Origin: Okamejei kenojei
Lineage: Eukaryota
DNA length: 64,000 nucleotides
NCBI GenBank assembly: GCA_035221665.1
Contig: CM069133.1
Span: forward strand, 17,732,001 to 17,796,000
Direction of reading: 5' to 3'
The notes below the pieces were generated by a model. The model had not been told where the DNA came from and did not search any database. It saw nothing but the letters and a program-made list of their open reading frames with translations. The position numbers were made by a program, and so were the translations under genes. How positions within the stretch are numbered: position 1 is the stretch's first letter; the number at the start of each line of letters is the position of its first letter. Shown here in pieces: positions 38,035 through 50,470 of the stretch.

Positions 38035-38374
38035 CTGCAATGCAGAGAACAGTACACAAACATCACGCACTCAAAAGTCTCAAGAAAATGCTTACGACAA
38101 ATTCAAAGGATGATTCTGGCTATTTATTGAAGATTTACCCAACAAGATATAACTGATGGAATGGTGGATTGGAGACACATGAAGTCTAATGCTGAGAAAT
38201 AGTGGTACATTTTGTAGGAAGAGTGAGTGGAGTGCATATGAATCAGGTCATAATTCTAAAATGGTGTAAAATCTCAGAAATATGAATATGTATGCGCACA
38301 GTCAGTGAAAGTGATAGGGCTGAGACGCGTTAAAATTCCACATGGAACATAAGGCTTTATAAATAAAACCACAA

Positions 38375-39780
38375 GACATAGGAGCAGAATTAGGCCTTTT
38401 GATGATGGCTGATCTATTTTCCCCTCTCAACCCCATTTCCCTGTCTTCTCACTGTAACCTTTGAAGCCCTTACAAATCAAGAAACTATCAATCTCCGCTT
38501 TTAAAATACCCAATGTCATGACCTCCACTCGTCTGTGGTAATGAAATCTCCAGATTCACCACCCTCTGGCGAAAGAAATTCCTCCTCATCTCCATTCTAA
38601 AGGTATGTCCTTTTATTATGAGGCTCTGGTCTCTGGTCCTAGATTATCTCATTACTGGAAACATCTTATCCACATCCACTCAATTTAGGCCTTTCATTAT
38701 TTGGCAGTGTTCAATGGGATCCCTTCTCATACTTCTGAAATTCTTGTGGCTTGAAGTACAAGAGAAAAATGGATGACAAAACTTTATGAAACACTGGTTC
38801 AGCCTCAAATGAACTATTGTGTTCAGTTCTGGGAACCACACATTCAAAGTTGCAAAAGCTTCACAGAGTGCAGAAGAGATTGACTAAAATTAATCTAATA
38901 AGGAACTTTAGTAAAGAGCTCAGGTTCGGTCCCCTGAAGAGAGGATACAAACAGATCTGATAGAGGTATTTGGAATCATGGGGATAGAAGATAGGGACAA
39001 TCTGTTCCTTGCAGAGAAAAGGACAAGAACCAGGAGACATAAGGAGACAGGAAGATTGTTCCCGATGTTGGGAGGTCCAGGACAAGGGGTCACAGCTTAA
39101 GGATAAGGAGGAAATCCTTTAGGACCGAGATGAGAAGGACTTTTTTCACACACAGAGTGGTGGGTCCCTGGAACTCTCTGCCACAGAGGGTAGTGGAGGC
39201 CAGTTCATTGGCTATATTTAAGAGGGAGTTAGATGTGGCCCTTGTGGCTAAGGGGATCAGAGGGTATGGAGAGAAGGCAGGTACGGGATACTGAGTTGGA
39301 TGATCAGCCATGATCATTTGAATGGCGGTGCAGGCTCGAAGGGCCGAATGGCCTACTCCTAATTTCTATGTTTCTCTAAAATGAAGGTGATGGACAAAAG
39401 TCACTCAAGTACTAAGTGTACACAGTTTCACAGACGTGGATAAATGTAAATACAATTATGAAAGGCGTAGATGGAGTTGATAGTCAGAAACTATTTCCAA
39501 GGATGGAAATATCAAGTATTAAGGCGAGAGGGACCAAGTTTAAAGGAGATGTTTATTGTTTTGTTTTACACAGAGGGTGGTGGATACATGGAATGGGCTG
39601 CCAGGGGTGATGGTAGAGGCAGATATGACAGAGGCATTTAAGGGACTCTTGGATAACCATAAGGATATGCAGGGAATGAAGGGACATGGATTCTGTGCAG
39701 GCAGATAAGGTCTTGGCATCATGTAAGCACAGGCATCGTGGGCCAAAAGGCCTGTCCTGTGCTGCCGTGTTCTATACCTG
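38375..39780. mobile_element. Cluster of CR1 3' fragments in the last ZFYVE16 intron
   Basis: Repeated CR1 3' UTR motifs on both strands. Confidence 0.75.
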
Positions 39781-40399
39781 AAAGGAAAAAATTTGCAGGG
39801 CAATGGGGAGTGGGAATAACAATTTGTTCTTATGAAGATTTGTTATGGCCTCAGTGGCCGGAATGTCCTCCACCTCTTGTGCTATAACCCTTGAATTCTG
39901 TGAAGCTGCTGGATCCACAAAGTGTTTCAACAGCCCAGTATAAACTCAGTATATAAGAAGCAAACGCCAAAATTAATTATGTATCTAAATGGGTGGAAGT
40001 CCGTTCCTCAGTACATTTCAGTTCATCAAAAAGTCCACACAATCTGCAATTGATAACTGGAGAGGCATTGTCATGTTTTACATATAGATAGCATACAAAC
40101 ATCAAAAATGCACATTTGTAAAGAAAAGGTGCAACAATTCCAGACTTCCAGTAACTCTGTATCAATGGTGCGGAAGTTGAGATGGTCGAGAGCTTCAAAG
40201 CCCTACGTGCAAATGTCACCAAAAAGTATGTTCCAGTCCAAACACATTTACACTATGGCGAAAAAGCACACAATTCCTCTACTTTCTCAGCAGACTAAGG
40301 AAATTTGGCATGTCTCCCATGCCTGTGAACAATCTCTCTGGATCCACCATAAAAAGCATTCTGTCCAAATGTATCACAGCTTGGTATGACAACTTGATA

Positions 40400-40642
40400 G
40401 GGCAGCACGCTGAATTGCACGGTAGAATTGCTACCTTACAGCGCTTGGACGGAGTCTGTACGTTTTCCCTGTGACCACGTGGTTTCCTCCCACACTCCAG
40501 ACGTACAGATTTGTAGGTCAGTTGGCTTGGTATAAGTGTATATTGTCCCTAGTGTGTGTAAGATAGTGTTAATGTGCGGAGGTCGCTGGTCGGTGTGGGC
40601 TCGGTGGGCTGAAGGGCCTGTTTCCGAGCAGGATCTCTAAAC
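40400..40642 (+). mobile_element. HE1-like SINE, internally deleted
   Basis: Partial consensus with tail. Confidence 0.7.
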
Positions 40643-40692
40643 TGGCTAAGATTTGCACGAAATTGTAAACACAGTCCAGTCTATCATATAAA

Positions 40693-41379
40693 CAGAGATG
40701 CCAACCCTAAATTTAGTTCACAGTAACATTCAACCCATTTGTCCGTAACAAATGCGGTTAAATGCATTTCTCTCCGTAACATACTCACTTGGGGTTGTTG
40801 CCGGCGGCTATGCGCCTGCGCACTGGTGCAGATCAGCGGGCTGCCGGCGGGCGGGTGCGGCACATGCGCACTTGGCAAGGTTGCCGGCGGGTCTGCGCCT
40901 GCGCACTGGGTGGGGGTGGGGGGGAGGCCCGGTGATGGGGCTGCCGGCGCAGCCCGGGCTCTGGGCCGGGCGTGGCGTGGCTCGAAATGGCGCCCGCGCG
41001 GCCACTGGGGCCCGGCAACCCTCCCCCACTCCGCCCACTGGGGCCCGGCACACTGCGCACGCGCGCGGCCCGGCAACCCTCCCCCACTGCGCACGCGCGG
41101 CCACTGGGGCCCGGCAACCCTCCCCCACTGCGCACGCGCGGCCACTGGGGCCCGGCAAAGTGCCGCTGATCGCGCGGGCCGGCGCCGCCCGGGCTCTGGG
41201 CCGGGCGTGGCTGCGAGCTGCCGGGCTGGCAAACCGGGGACACATGGCGCCGGCGTTCATCACGGGAGGAACACCGGCGCGGCGGTGTTCCGTAACAGCA
41301 TGTTTGGCTGCCGGAACACCGTAAAAAGGTTATTTCGCCGGGACAAAATACGGCGAATCCAGGACACTTGGCATCTCTG
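40693..41379. mobile_element. Non-autonomous DNA transposon with CAG termini, 6-bp TSD and an internal GC-rich ~41-bp tandem repeat
   Basis: TIR cagagatgccaa/ttggcatctctg; tataaa on both sides. Interrupts a Rex1/L2-like 3' fragment (40130-41780). Confidence 0.8.
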
Positions 41380-41832
41380 TATAAACCACCTCATTGACTC
41401 CATCGATACTTCACGCTGCCACAGGAAAGCAGCCAATATAATCAAAGACCACTCATACCCTGGTCATTCTTTCTTCTCTCCTCGTCTGTCAGGCAGAAGA
41501 TGAAAAAAACATGAAAGCATATACCGCCATATTGAAAAACAGCCTCCTCATTGCTATTACTCTTTAATGGAACTCTCATATTAGAAAGATGAATTCCGGA
41601 TCTTCCAGTCTGCCCCACTGACGCTCTTGCACTTTTTAAAAATCTGCACTTTCTCTCTTTAGCTCTAATACTAGGTCCTGCACTCTTTTTGCACTAATGA
41701 TCTACTCGTGAATGGCATGATTTGCCTGAATAGCAGCCAAGAACAAGGTTTTCACTGCATCTCGTCACACATGCCAATAATAGACCAGTACCAAATCAAA
41801 ATACAATTGCATGATGCTATGGTTTTGTTTAC

Positions 41833-42009
41833 CTTATCAGTTTCTAGAGAGACCCTGAGACTCAGTTTATTTATTCCAATTTCTTTTAAGCCTTTCAGAT
41901 GTGGGCTGAGAGCAGTGCAGCAGGCTGTGGCAATCTCCTTGCTCAGTTGAATCTGCACAGCAGGAATAGTGGGACTCTGTGGGTCATGATTCCTTTGCAA
42001 ATAGAATAC
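41833..42009 (-). CDS. ZFYVE16: ZFYVE16 penultimate coding exon
   Basis: Encodes VFYLQRNH...KEIATACCTALSPHLKGLKEIGINKLSLRVSLETDK; phase 0 to 0. Confidence 0.94.
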
Positions 42010-42672
42010 CTGGAATGATATTAAACGCACTCATTAATTTTAATGATTATGGCAACATATTTTGAACCAAGATGACATCTGCTCTTTTCCAGTTTGTGGT
42101 TTGGTCCATTTTTAATAAAGATGAGTATATTTGCATTTCTTTCAATTATAATGGAAGACTGATTGAAAGATTTCTATAGTCCACCACTTTACACTGCTAA
42201 AACTGGAAAGTCCTAAGTAAGGCGTCACGTAATTAGATTGTGTTGTAGGTTTTAACGGTGTCATGGAAAAACGTTATGAAAAGCATTGCACTATTCATAT
42301 ATTTATCTCAGCAGCCAAGTATCATATTTCACTTGCCATATCTATTTTAAAACGGGGAGTTGATTTGCCCGAACAACATTTAGCATATTTGCATCGTAAT
42401 CAGCTTCAATATTATTGTTCATATTGCCTAAAATAATCAGCCTCCATCCCTAGAAGCTGCAGCAAAATTACAAGCAAATTTGCTATTTTGATGCTTTACT
42501 ATCTTTTTAGTTGCGTATACTCTTCAAGTTAAAATGCTTTCTGGAATATTTAGTAATTTGATACATAATTGTTTTGAGGGTGGAAGTCATTTTTTTAAAA
42601 TATATAAATTGATACATTGTTTATTCTCAAAATGGACTTTCTCACACAGTTCCAATCAAAATAACCACTGAC

Positions 42673-42778
42673 CTCAGTACACTTAACAATAATGCCATCT
42701 GTTTCAAATTTATTTTCTTGCAAGATCTTATTGCTAGGGATATTTTCCATGGACCGTCCATCAAGAGGACTTAGAATG
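42673..42778 (-). CDS. ZFYVE16: ZFYVE16 coding exon (not in ORF track)
   Basis: Encodes ILSPLDGRSMENIPSNKILQENKFETDGIIVKCTE. tag| acceptor and |gtcagt donor; phase 2 to 0. Confidence 0.9.
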
Positions 42779-43054
42779 CTAGAAGCAAAATAAAGTGTTA
42801 TTTATTAATAATCATTAAAAGAAAAAATATAGATTGCATCAAATTGTAAATCAAAAGTGTTCACAAAATTCTATGCAAATTTAATACAAAATTATATCAA
42901 GCCTGATTTTAGTCTAATAATACCCACAAATGTGCCAAATTCAGCACTCACAATGCTTGGTTACATTTGGCTATGTTCTATGTGGCAAAGCTTACAATAA
43001 ATAACTGACAAAAGAGTCAATCTTCTTCTTTCTACTTCTGCTTGTTACATTGCA

Positions 43055-45070
43055 CCATGCATTGATGATACAAAAGTGGGTGGTTTTGCAGATAGTGAAG
43101 ATAGTGGTGGAAAATTGCAGCAAGTTCTTGATCGACTGGCCAGAATGGCCAAGGAATGGTTGATGGAATTTAATACAGAGAAATGCGAGATGTTGCATTT
43201 TGGGAAGTCTAACATCAGCAGGACTCTGGGGAGTGCTGTGGAGCGGAGGGATCGAGGAGTATAGGTGCATAGTTCCTTGAAGGTGGAGTCACAGGAAGAT
43301 AAGGTGGTCAAAAACAGTTTTGGCACATTGGCCTTCATCAGTCAGGGTATTGAGTATAGAAGTTGGGAGGTCATGTTGCAGTTGTGTAAGACATTGGTGA
43401 GACCACATTTAGAGTATTGTGTTCAGTTCTTGGCAGCATTTTATAGGAAAGATGTTGCCAAGTTGGAAAGGGCACAGAGAAGATTTACGAGGATGTTGCC
43501 AGAACTCGAGGGTCTGAGCTATAGGGATATATGTTTGAATATATATTTTTTTATTAGAGTATTTAGACAGTGAGTTAGCAAACATATATTATGATAGCAA
43601 TATTACATGTTCAACAAGCATACATTATTAGTATTATCAGGTGTATCATTTTGACTAATAGTTTTTTTTTATAAAGAGAGGAGAACAGTAAGAAAAATAG
43701 AATAAAAATCTGCATCAAAGAAGAAAATCATAAAGAAAGGAATAATTTACTATTAATACATCGTAGGAGATAAGATCAAGTAATATACGATATAACTTTT
43801 CATCTATTCCTGAATCCAAGTTTCAGTTAGGGTTCCCTGCCGAACCATTCTACACTTTTAAGTAATCAATGAAAGAAGACCATGTTCAAACAAAAACTTC
43901 TTGTTTGTCCATTAAGGCAAATCTGATTCTTTCCAGGTGTAGGGTCTCCGACATTTCCGTAATCCACATTTTAATTGTGGGGGATATAGGGCCTTTCCAA
44001 AATTTTAATATTAATTTCTTCCCAATTATTATACTGTAGTCTAGGAAATTTCTTTGACTTGTTGTAAGAGTTAAACTTTGTTCTGATGTTCCAAGTATTA
44101 TTAATTTTGGGTCCGGATCCAGTTTAGTATTAATAACTTCAGAAATTATTCTAAAAATCTCAGTCCAGAAATTCTTAATTTTTATACAATTTGCAAAGGT
44201 ATGTGTTAAAGTAGCCTCTAGTTGACATTTATCGCAGGTAGACGTTATTTGTGGGAAGATTCTGTTTAGTTTAACTTTGGAATAATGTAATCTATGTAAA
44301 ACTTTAAATTGTATTAGAGCATGTCTGGAATTTAGCGAGCATTGATGTATGTATTGTAAACTTTTATCCCATAAATCTTTCGTTATGGATTGATTTATTT
44401 CATTTTCCCATGTGTGTCTATATGATTCCGTTGATGGTATCTCACTATCTAAAAGGGTGTTGTAAATATAAGTTATTAATTTTTCTGTGTTAGGATGCTT
44501 ATTCAGACATTCATCTAAGATTTCTGGTTCTCTATTCCTATAATCTTGTGTATTTGACCTAACATAATCTCTGAGTTGTAAGTATCGAAAAAAATTATTT
44601 GAGTATAACCCATAAATCTGTTGCAGTTCTTGAAATGTTCTTGAAAGCTATAGGGATATATGTTGAGTAGGCTGGGTCTCTATTCCACGGAGCGCAGGAG
44701 AATACATGGTGATCTTATAGAAATGTTTAACATCATGGGGAGAACAGATCGGGTAGATACACGGAGTCTCTTGTCCAGATTGGGGAATAGCGTACCAGAG
44801 GATATAGGTTGAAGGTGAAGGGGAAAAGATCTGAGGGGCAACATTTTCACACAAAGGGTGGTGGGGGTATGGAACAAGCTGCCAGAGGAGGTAGTTGAGG
44901 TTGGGCCTATTCCAATGTTTAATAAACAGTTAGGCAGGTTCATTGATAGGACAGGTTTGGAGGGATATGGACTAAACACAGACAGGTGGGACTGGCATAG
45001 CTGGGACATGTTGGCCGGTGTGGGGAGGTTGGGCCAAAGGGCGTGTTTCCACACTGTATCTCAATGACTA
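43055..45070 (+). mobile_element. CR1/HER1-like LINE 3' portion, interrupted by L1
   Basis: Encodes LVRPHLEYCVQF and LERAQRRFTRMLP. CR1 sequence resumes after the L1 TSD and ends in a CR1 3' tail. Confidence 0.88.
43536..44645 (-). mobile_element. 5'-truncated L1 (3' ORF2 and UTR) inserted into a CR1 element
   Basis: Similar to 14100-14900. 19-bp TSD agctatagggatatatgtt at 43517-43535 and 44646-44664. Confidence 0.92.
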
Positions 45071-46092
45071 TGCGCAAATTCCTTGACTGTAATAAGTTAG
45101 TGGTAAGCAAAATGTGGTTGAAATTTTATCTGGTCTTTTCCACTTTATCAGATCTTACTATTCCTCCCATTCCTCCACACAATTGTAAACAGGCCAATAC
45201 TTGAATGAGGCCTCTGATCCCCTGCTCAGAGTTAAATTCATGGCTGGCATTGAAAGCCTAATTTTAGACTCGGGCAGCATCTGTGGAGGGAAATGGAAAG
45301 TTGACATTTTGGATCAGGACCCTTCTTCAAACGTGACCCAAAATGAAAGTGTTCAGTCCATTTCACTCCAGAGATGCTGTCTGACGCACTGAGTCCCACC
45401 ACCACTGTTTTTGCTCAGGTTTGCGGTATTGTGTCTTGACAATGTCTTATGTCTCCAATTCCGAGGAATCTCTGACCCATGATGGTTCAAGATGGAGAAC
45501 ATTTGGGTTGGCACTGAGAATCCCAGCTCCATGTACAGAGGTATGAAAATGTCAAAAGTACACGAATGCAGGATGCACACCACTTTCCAAATGCTAACAC
45601 CCAGTCAAGCACCTCCTTGCCTTCCGTGGTAGACTTTGCGAGTCCCACATTTGCCCGACACCCCCCAACCCACAAAATCAGATTGGAAGACATCCTCAAC
45701 CATATTAGAAGTAGTCAGATCTTGAAACAGTAAACCCTCAAAATAACAGACATCTATATTTATAGCAGACAGTTGCTCCCATTGCGCACCCACTTGTTTA
45801 AACCGCCCCTCCTAAGCTGTGTTTCTTCTCCCCCGGCCCTTTGGTTAAACTTTAAGCACCCTCACTCGGTTATAGCGGACAATCTGCAATAACGGACTCC
45901 ATCCTCCCATCCCCTGTGTGATCCGTTTATTCTGAGGGTTTACTGTTTCAGAAACTGAACAACATCTGTTCAAAAGGGCATAACCAAGTTCAGGAACACT
46001 ACAGACATACTCGAACAGTCATTAAAAAAATATATTTTACAGGATAAATGTGTTAGTATTCAAAAGACAATGATATTTAAAAAAAATCATAC

Positions 46093-46255
46093 CCTTTGTT
46101 CACTGGCTCGTCACCATCTACCCACTGAATATTTACAAATTCTCTTTTGTCATCCGAATCCAATTTTCCACAAATTATTTGAAAGTCTCTCTTTTCCTTT
46201 AGAGCATGTCTTAATCCATCCATGGTTTCTGGAGTTACCTGTACCATAAGTCCAT
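46093..46255 (-). CDS. ZFYVE16: ZFYVE16 coding exon (not in ORF track)
   Basis: Encodes [53 protein letters not shown]; phase 1 to 2. Confidence 0.93.
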
Positions 46256-46702
46256 CTGAAATTATAAATTGCTGTTATTAAAGGAATGGGAATAACGTTT
46301 CTGGTCCAGAGAGCAGTAAGCAGAGGCCAGACCATTAAGTTAAACCAAAACTGCAACACAACTTTTAAAACAAATACAGAACAGCATGAATCTCCTCTGG
46401 AGGAATTTGTGACCCAATCTTTTAAAAAATGAATACATTTGATTTATCAGCATGTTGGCCTTGCTGTTTCATTGATATTTGCAGTTATCTGTAGCAATAG
46501 GGAATCAGCTTAATTGGATAATAGCCTATTGTATTACGTTATAACTAACAGCATATCTCATATGTATAAGGAGCAATTCAAAATACAATTTGACATGGTG
46601 ACAATTATATGTACTAGCATAGGAATGATCTTTTCTGAAATGGGTTTCCGTTATGTTCTGAAATGCTGTCAACCATTTTGTATTTAATTTTCTTTGTCTT
46701 AC

Positions 46703-46783
46703 CTTCCACTAAACTGGATTTAGCGATAAATCCTGAGGTTGTTTTCAGAGCTCCATTAAACACCACAAAAGAGGCCCCTGTAA
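46703..46783 (-). CDS. ZFYVE16: ZFYVE16 coding exon
   Basis: Encodes [26 protein letters not shown]. cag| acceptor and |gtaag donor. Confidence 0.94.
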
Positions 46784-46870
46784 CTGCAGCACAGGGAGAA
46801 GCACAAATCATTTAACAATAAACACTGCAGAATTTCACAACCAAAGCAAATAATAAAACACAAAAGGTAC

Positions 46871-47021
46871 CTTTTCTGGACTTGCCAGCAATAGTGTTTG
46901 CGTGCGTTTGATAAGTTTTATCATCACTTTGCATACAGACCAAGTGTGAATCAGCATCCAGGCTAAAGCATGTTCCCATTGTAATCACATGTTCATTTGA
47001 AGAGGTTACTACTTTCATGAC
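46871..47021 (-). CDS. ZFYVE16: ZFYVE16 coding exon
   Basis: Encodes [31 protein letters not shown]...GKSRK. Canonical splice sites. Confidence 0.94.
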
Positions 47022-47549
47022 CTGAAAAAGGGAAACAGGCAATCATTAAATTATACTCCGTAAGAGTGAATTCTAACCAGTATAAATGTTCTAAACCAAA
47101 ACAGATGATAAGACAAATTGCTTTATACCACAGGAGGTTAGAGACAGGACATTAAAAAAAAACATGATACACAAAAAACAATTGAAGTTTCAGAAAATAT
47201 TCTTAAGTCAATGTGAACAGATTAAGAAAACTAGCTGGAATTTTTGTTTGCCTCAGACTAAGTCTGCATAATAAACAATATTAATATTTACTGACTTTAA
47301 ACACATGGAAGAAAGGAACAAACATCAAGCGTACAGGTGTAGAAAAGACACAAAGTGCTGGAGTAACTCAACGAGTCAGGCGGCAATACATGCTGCCTGA
47401 CCCGCTGAGTTACTCCAACCCTTTTGTAAACCAGTGTCTGCTGTTTATTGTTTCTAAATGTATAGGTGTAATCAGGAAGAACTGATTGAATAGAAGTGAA
47501 AAGACGACATTTTCAAGAGATTTTTATAGCCCAAGGACATGTTCGTTTT

Positions 47550-47835
47550 TTTTAGTTTAGTTCAGAGATACAACTTGGAAACAGGCACCACGCAATCCGT
47601 GCCAACCAGCAATCGCCCATACACTCATTCTATCCTACACACTACGAACAATTTATAGAAGCCAATTCACCTACAAACATGCGCGTGTTTGGAATGTGGG
47701 AGGTAACCGGAGCACCAAGAAAAAACCCCACGCGATCACAGGGAGAACGTACAAACTTTGTAGACAGCGCCTATAGTCAGGATCAAACCCGGGTCTCTGG
47801 CGCTGTAAGGCAGCAACTCGACTGCTCTGCCCCAT
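47550..47835 (-). mobile_element. HE1-like SINE
   Basis: Same consensus. Confidence 0.78.
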
Positions 47836-48147
47836 GTGTGCTGGATGTTTAGAGATATGGGACAGCATTGTATAAATGGACAGGCAATAAGAAGGGAAGC
47901 AGTGATAGTTATCGAAGAGTTCAGCAAACAAGGGTGAAGATAGGGGTGGTGGTAATGAGGTGTACGAGGTCAAAGAAGTTCAGTTTAATTTATTATCACA
48001 TATCAAGGTATAGTGAAAATCTTTCTGTTTAGTTTATTGTCACGTGTGTACTGAGGCACAGTGAGAAGGAGGACCCTTTTAGGTGGAAAGCAGAAGAAAT
48101 CTTCAAAAGAATATGCTGTTGCACTATGTAATAGGAAGTTAGTATAA

Positions 48148-48533
48148 AGGGCCTGCCCCAATTACGCAACCTTTTTGGCGACTCTCGGCACCCGTCATAG
48201 GTCGCCAAAAACTTTCAACACGGTAAAAGTTCAGCGGCGACCAGACAGATGCTACGACTCTTTGGGTGACTAGGAGACCTCTCACGACCATACAGGCGAC
48301 CCCTGGCGACATGTCGCGGGGTGTCACCAGGGGGCATGTCGCCAGGGGGTCGCCTGCATGGTCGTGAGAGGTCGCCAGGGGTCGCCTATATTGTCGTGAG
48401 AGGTCTCCTAGTCACCCAAAGAGTCGCAGTGTCCTTCTGGTCGCTGCTGAATTTTCAACATGCTGAAAAATTTCGGCCACCTACGACGGGTGCCGGCAGT
48501 CGCCGAAAAGGTCGCGTGAGGAGGACAGGCCCT
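48148..48533. mobile_element. Palindromic PIF/Harbinger-like MITE (fold-back)
   Basis: agggcctg...caggccct termini flanked by taa/tta; arms complementary over nearly the whole length. Confidence 0.8.
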
Positions 48534-48658
48534 TTAGTGAGCTGGGTAGATAGGAGTCTTTGCAGGTCAGAACTCAGGCGACAGGATATGAGGAGTTGCA
48601 ATTTCTGAAAGACAATATCAGAAGCCACCAAAGGAAAAGTTTAAATAAAGCGTTTCCA

Positions 48659-48790
48659 GGCGGCGGCACGGTGGCGCAGCGGTACAGTTGCTGGAGACCC
48701 GGGTCCGATCTCGACTACGGGTGCTGTCCGTACAGAGTTTGTACGTTCTCCCCGTGACCTGCGTGGGTTTTCTCCGAGATCTTCGGTTTA
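48659..48790 (+). mobile_element. HE1-like SINE 5' half
   Basis: ggcggcacggtggcgcagcggt head. Confidence 0.75.
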
Positions 48791-49508
48791 ACCAGATGAC
48801 TCACCCACTTTGTCACTGTCCGTCCCTCGTGCCGTGCCTCTGCAATTTAAAACTGCCTATTTTTAAAGATCTCTCCGACCCAGTATGGACAAACGGTTTT
48901 TGACCTAAACCATTAACTCCGTTTCCTTGAATGTAGACTCAAAATGCTGTAGTAACCCAGCGGGACAGGCAGCATCTCTGGGGAGAAGAGATGCCGCTGA
49001 GTTACTCCAGCATTTTGTGTCTACCTTCGATTTAAAACAGCAGCTGTAGTTCTTTCTACAGAATTGTTTTAAATTAATCAATGCAGTTTTTTGGGGGAAA
49101 TATGTAAACACAAGAGTAAGGAATAAGTGTAGAATAAAACCGTAATACAAGCAAATTGACACTTTTAATCAAACAGGCTGAGCGCATCAGTGCTTTTGGG
49201 AGAAATTTGGAACAAATCATTCTTATAATCAATCTATTGGAATGTTTTTCAACAATCTGTTTTAAGTATATATTTAGCATATGGTATGAAGTAATTTTCA
49301 ATGTACTGGAGGGTTTCAATACAAAGTGAATTCAGAAAACTGCCAGAATTCATCACCTCATTATCTAAGTATTCAACATTCAAGATCTTGCCAGGAAAGC
49401 AGGTTTAGATCTTTTGTCCTTCAACTAACAATGCTTCCATTACTGAATCTTTGACAAAAACACTTCCTCTCATAGCATCAGGTAATCAGTTTAATTTACG
49501 TTACTAAC

Positions 49509-49613
49509 CTCGCTGTATCTTCTCTTGGGGATTTTAATTGAACTTTTCCCCATCTCCAGATGAAGCACTAGACCTTCAATTGTAGGCAACGTATATTGAT
49601 AATTTCGAAGATC
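49509..49613 (-). CDS. ZFYVE16: ZFYVE16 coding exon (not in ORF track)
   Basis: Encodes [40 protein letters not shown] and EMGKS fit endofin better than SARA/ZFYVE9. Confidence 0.93.
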
Positions 49614-49949
49614 CTACAATGAGAGACAAGCTTCTGAGTATGAACAGCAACATTTCAACAGAGAAGTATTCAAAATATTTTTTTATCTTAAATACTTAGT
49701 ATCATGGCAATGCAAGTTTCTCCTGAAATTCAATTGCTTAATGAATATCCAAGATGCAAATTGAAATTCTAGAGTCATTTTTGATTTTACTTGCGATTCA
49801 GATTAGTTTGATGTCATACATAGGCCAATACCTTCACAGTAAACAGCTCCTGGGAGTGTTGTAGGGCAGGGGGGATCTAGGTTCATAGCTAGATAGAGTG
49901 GTAAAGGCAACTTTCGGCATGCGAGCCTTCATCATTCAGGGAAGTGAGT

Positions 49950-50470
49950 AACCATATAACCATATAACAATTACAGCACGGAAACAGGCCCTCTCGGCCC
50001 TTCCAGTCCGTGCCGACCATTTGTTTTCCCCTAGTCCCATCTACCTGCACTCAGACCATACCCCTCCATTCCCTGCACGTCCATATACCTATCCACTTTA
50101 CTTTTAAATGTTAAAATCGATCCTGCCTCCACCACTTCTGCTGGAAGCTCATTCCACACAGCCACCACCCTCTGAGTAAAGAAGTTCCCCCTCACGTTAC
50201 CCCTAAACTTCTGTCCCTTAATTCTCGTGTCATGCCCTCTTGTTTGAATCTACCCCACCCTCAATGGGAAAAGCTTATCCACGTCAACTCTGTCTATCCC
50301 TTTCATCATTTTAAAGACCTCAATCAAGTCCCCCCTTAACCTTCTGCGCTCCAAAGAATAAAGACCTAACTTGTTCAACCTTTCTCTGTAACATAGTTGC
50401 TGGAACCCAGGCAACATTCTAGTAAATCTCCTGTGTACTCTCTCTATTTTGTTGACATCCTTCCTATAAT
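49950..50470 (-). mobile_element. Young CR1 subfamily 3' end inserted in an older plus-strand CR1 (49760-51085)
   Basis: Encodes YRKDVNKIERVHRRFTRMLPG...LERRRLRGDLIEVFK; (ccatataa)n tail. Confidence 0.85.

Noticed and set aside
40995-41157. CRISPR-like array
   Set aside because: Tandem minisatellite without unique spacers, in eukaryotic DNA.
40684-41503. Several long overlapping ORFs (136-254 aa)
   Set aside because: They arise from a GC-rich tandem repeat inside a non-autonomous transposon; low-complexity peptides with no recognisable domain.
45605-45793. Extra ZFYVE16 exon
   Set aside because: The flanking exons (46093-46255 and 42673-42778) already join in phase and the peptide has no endofin similarity.
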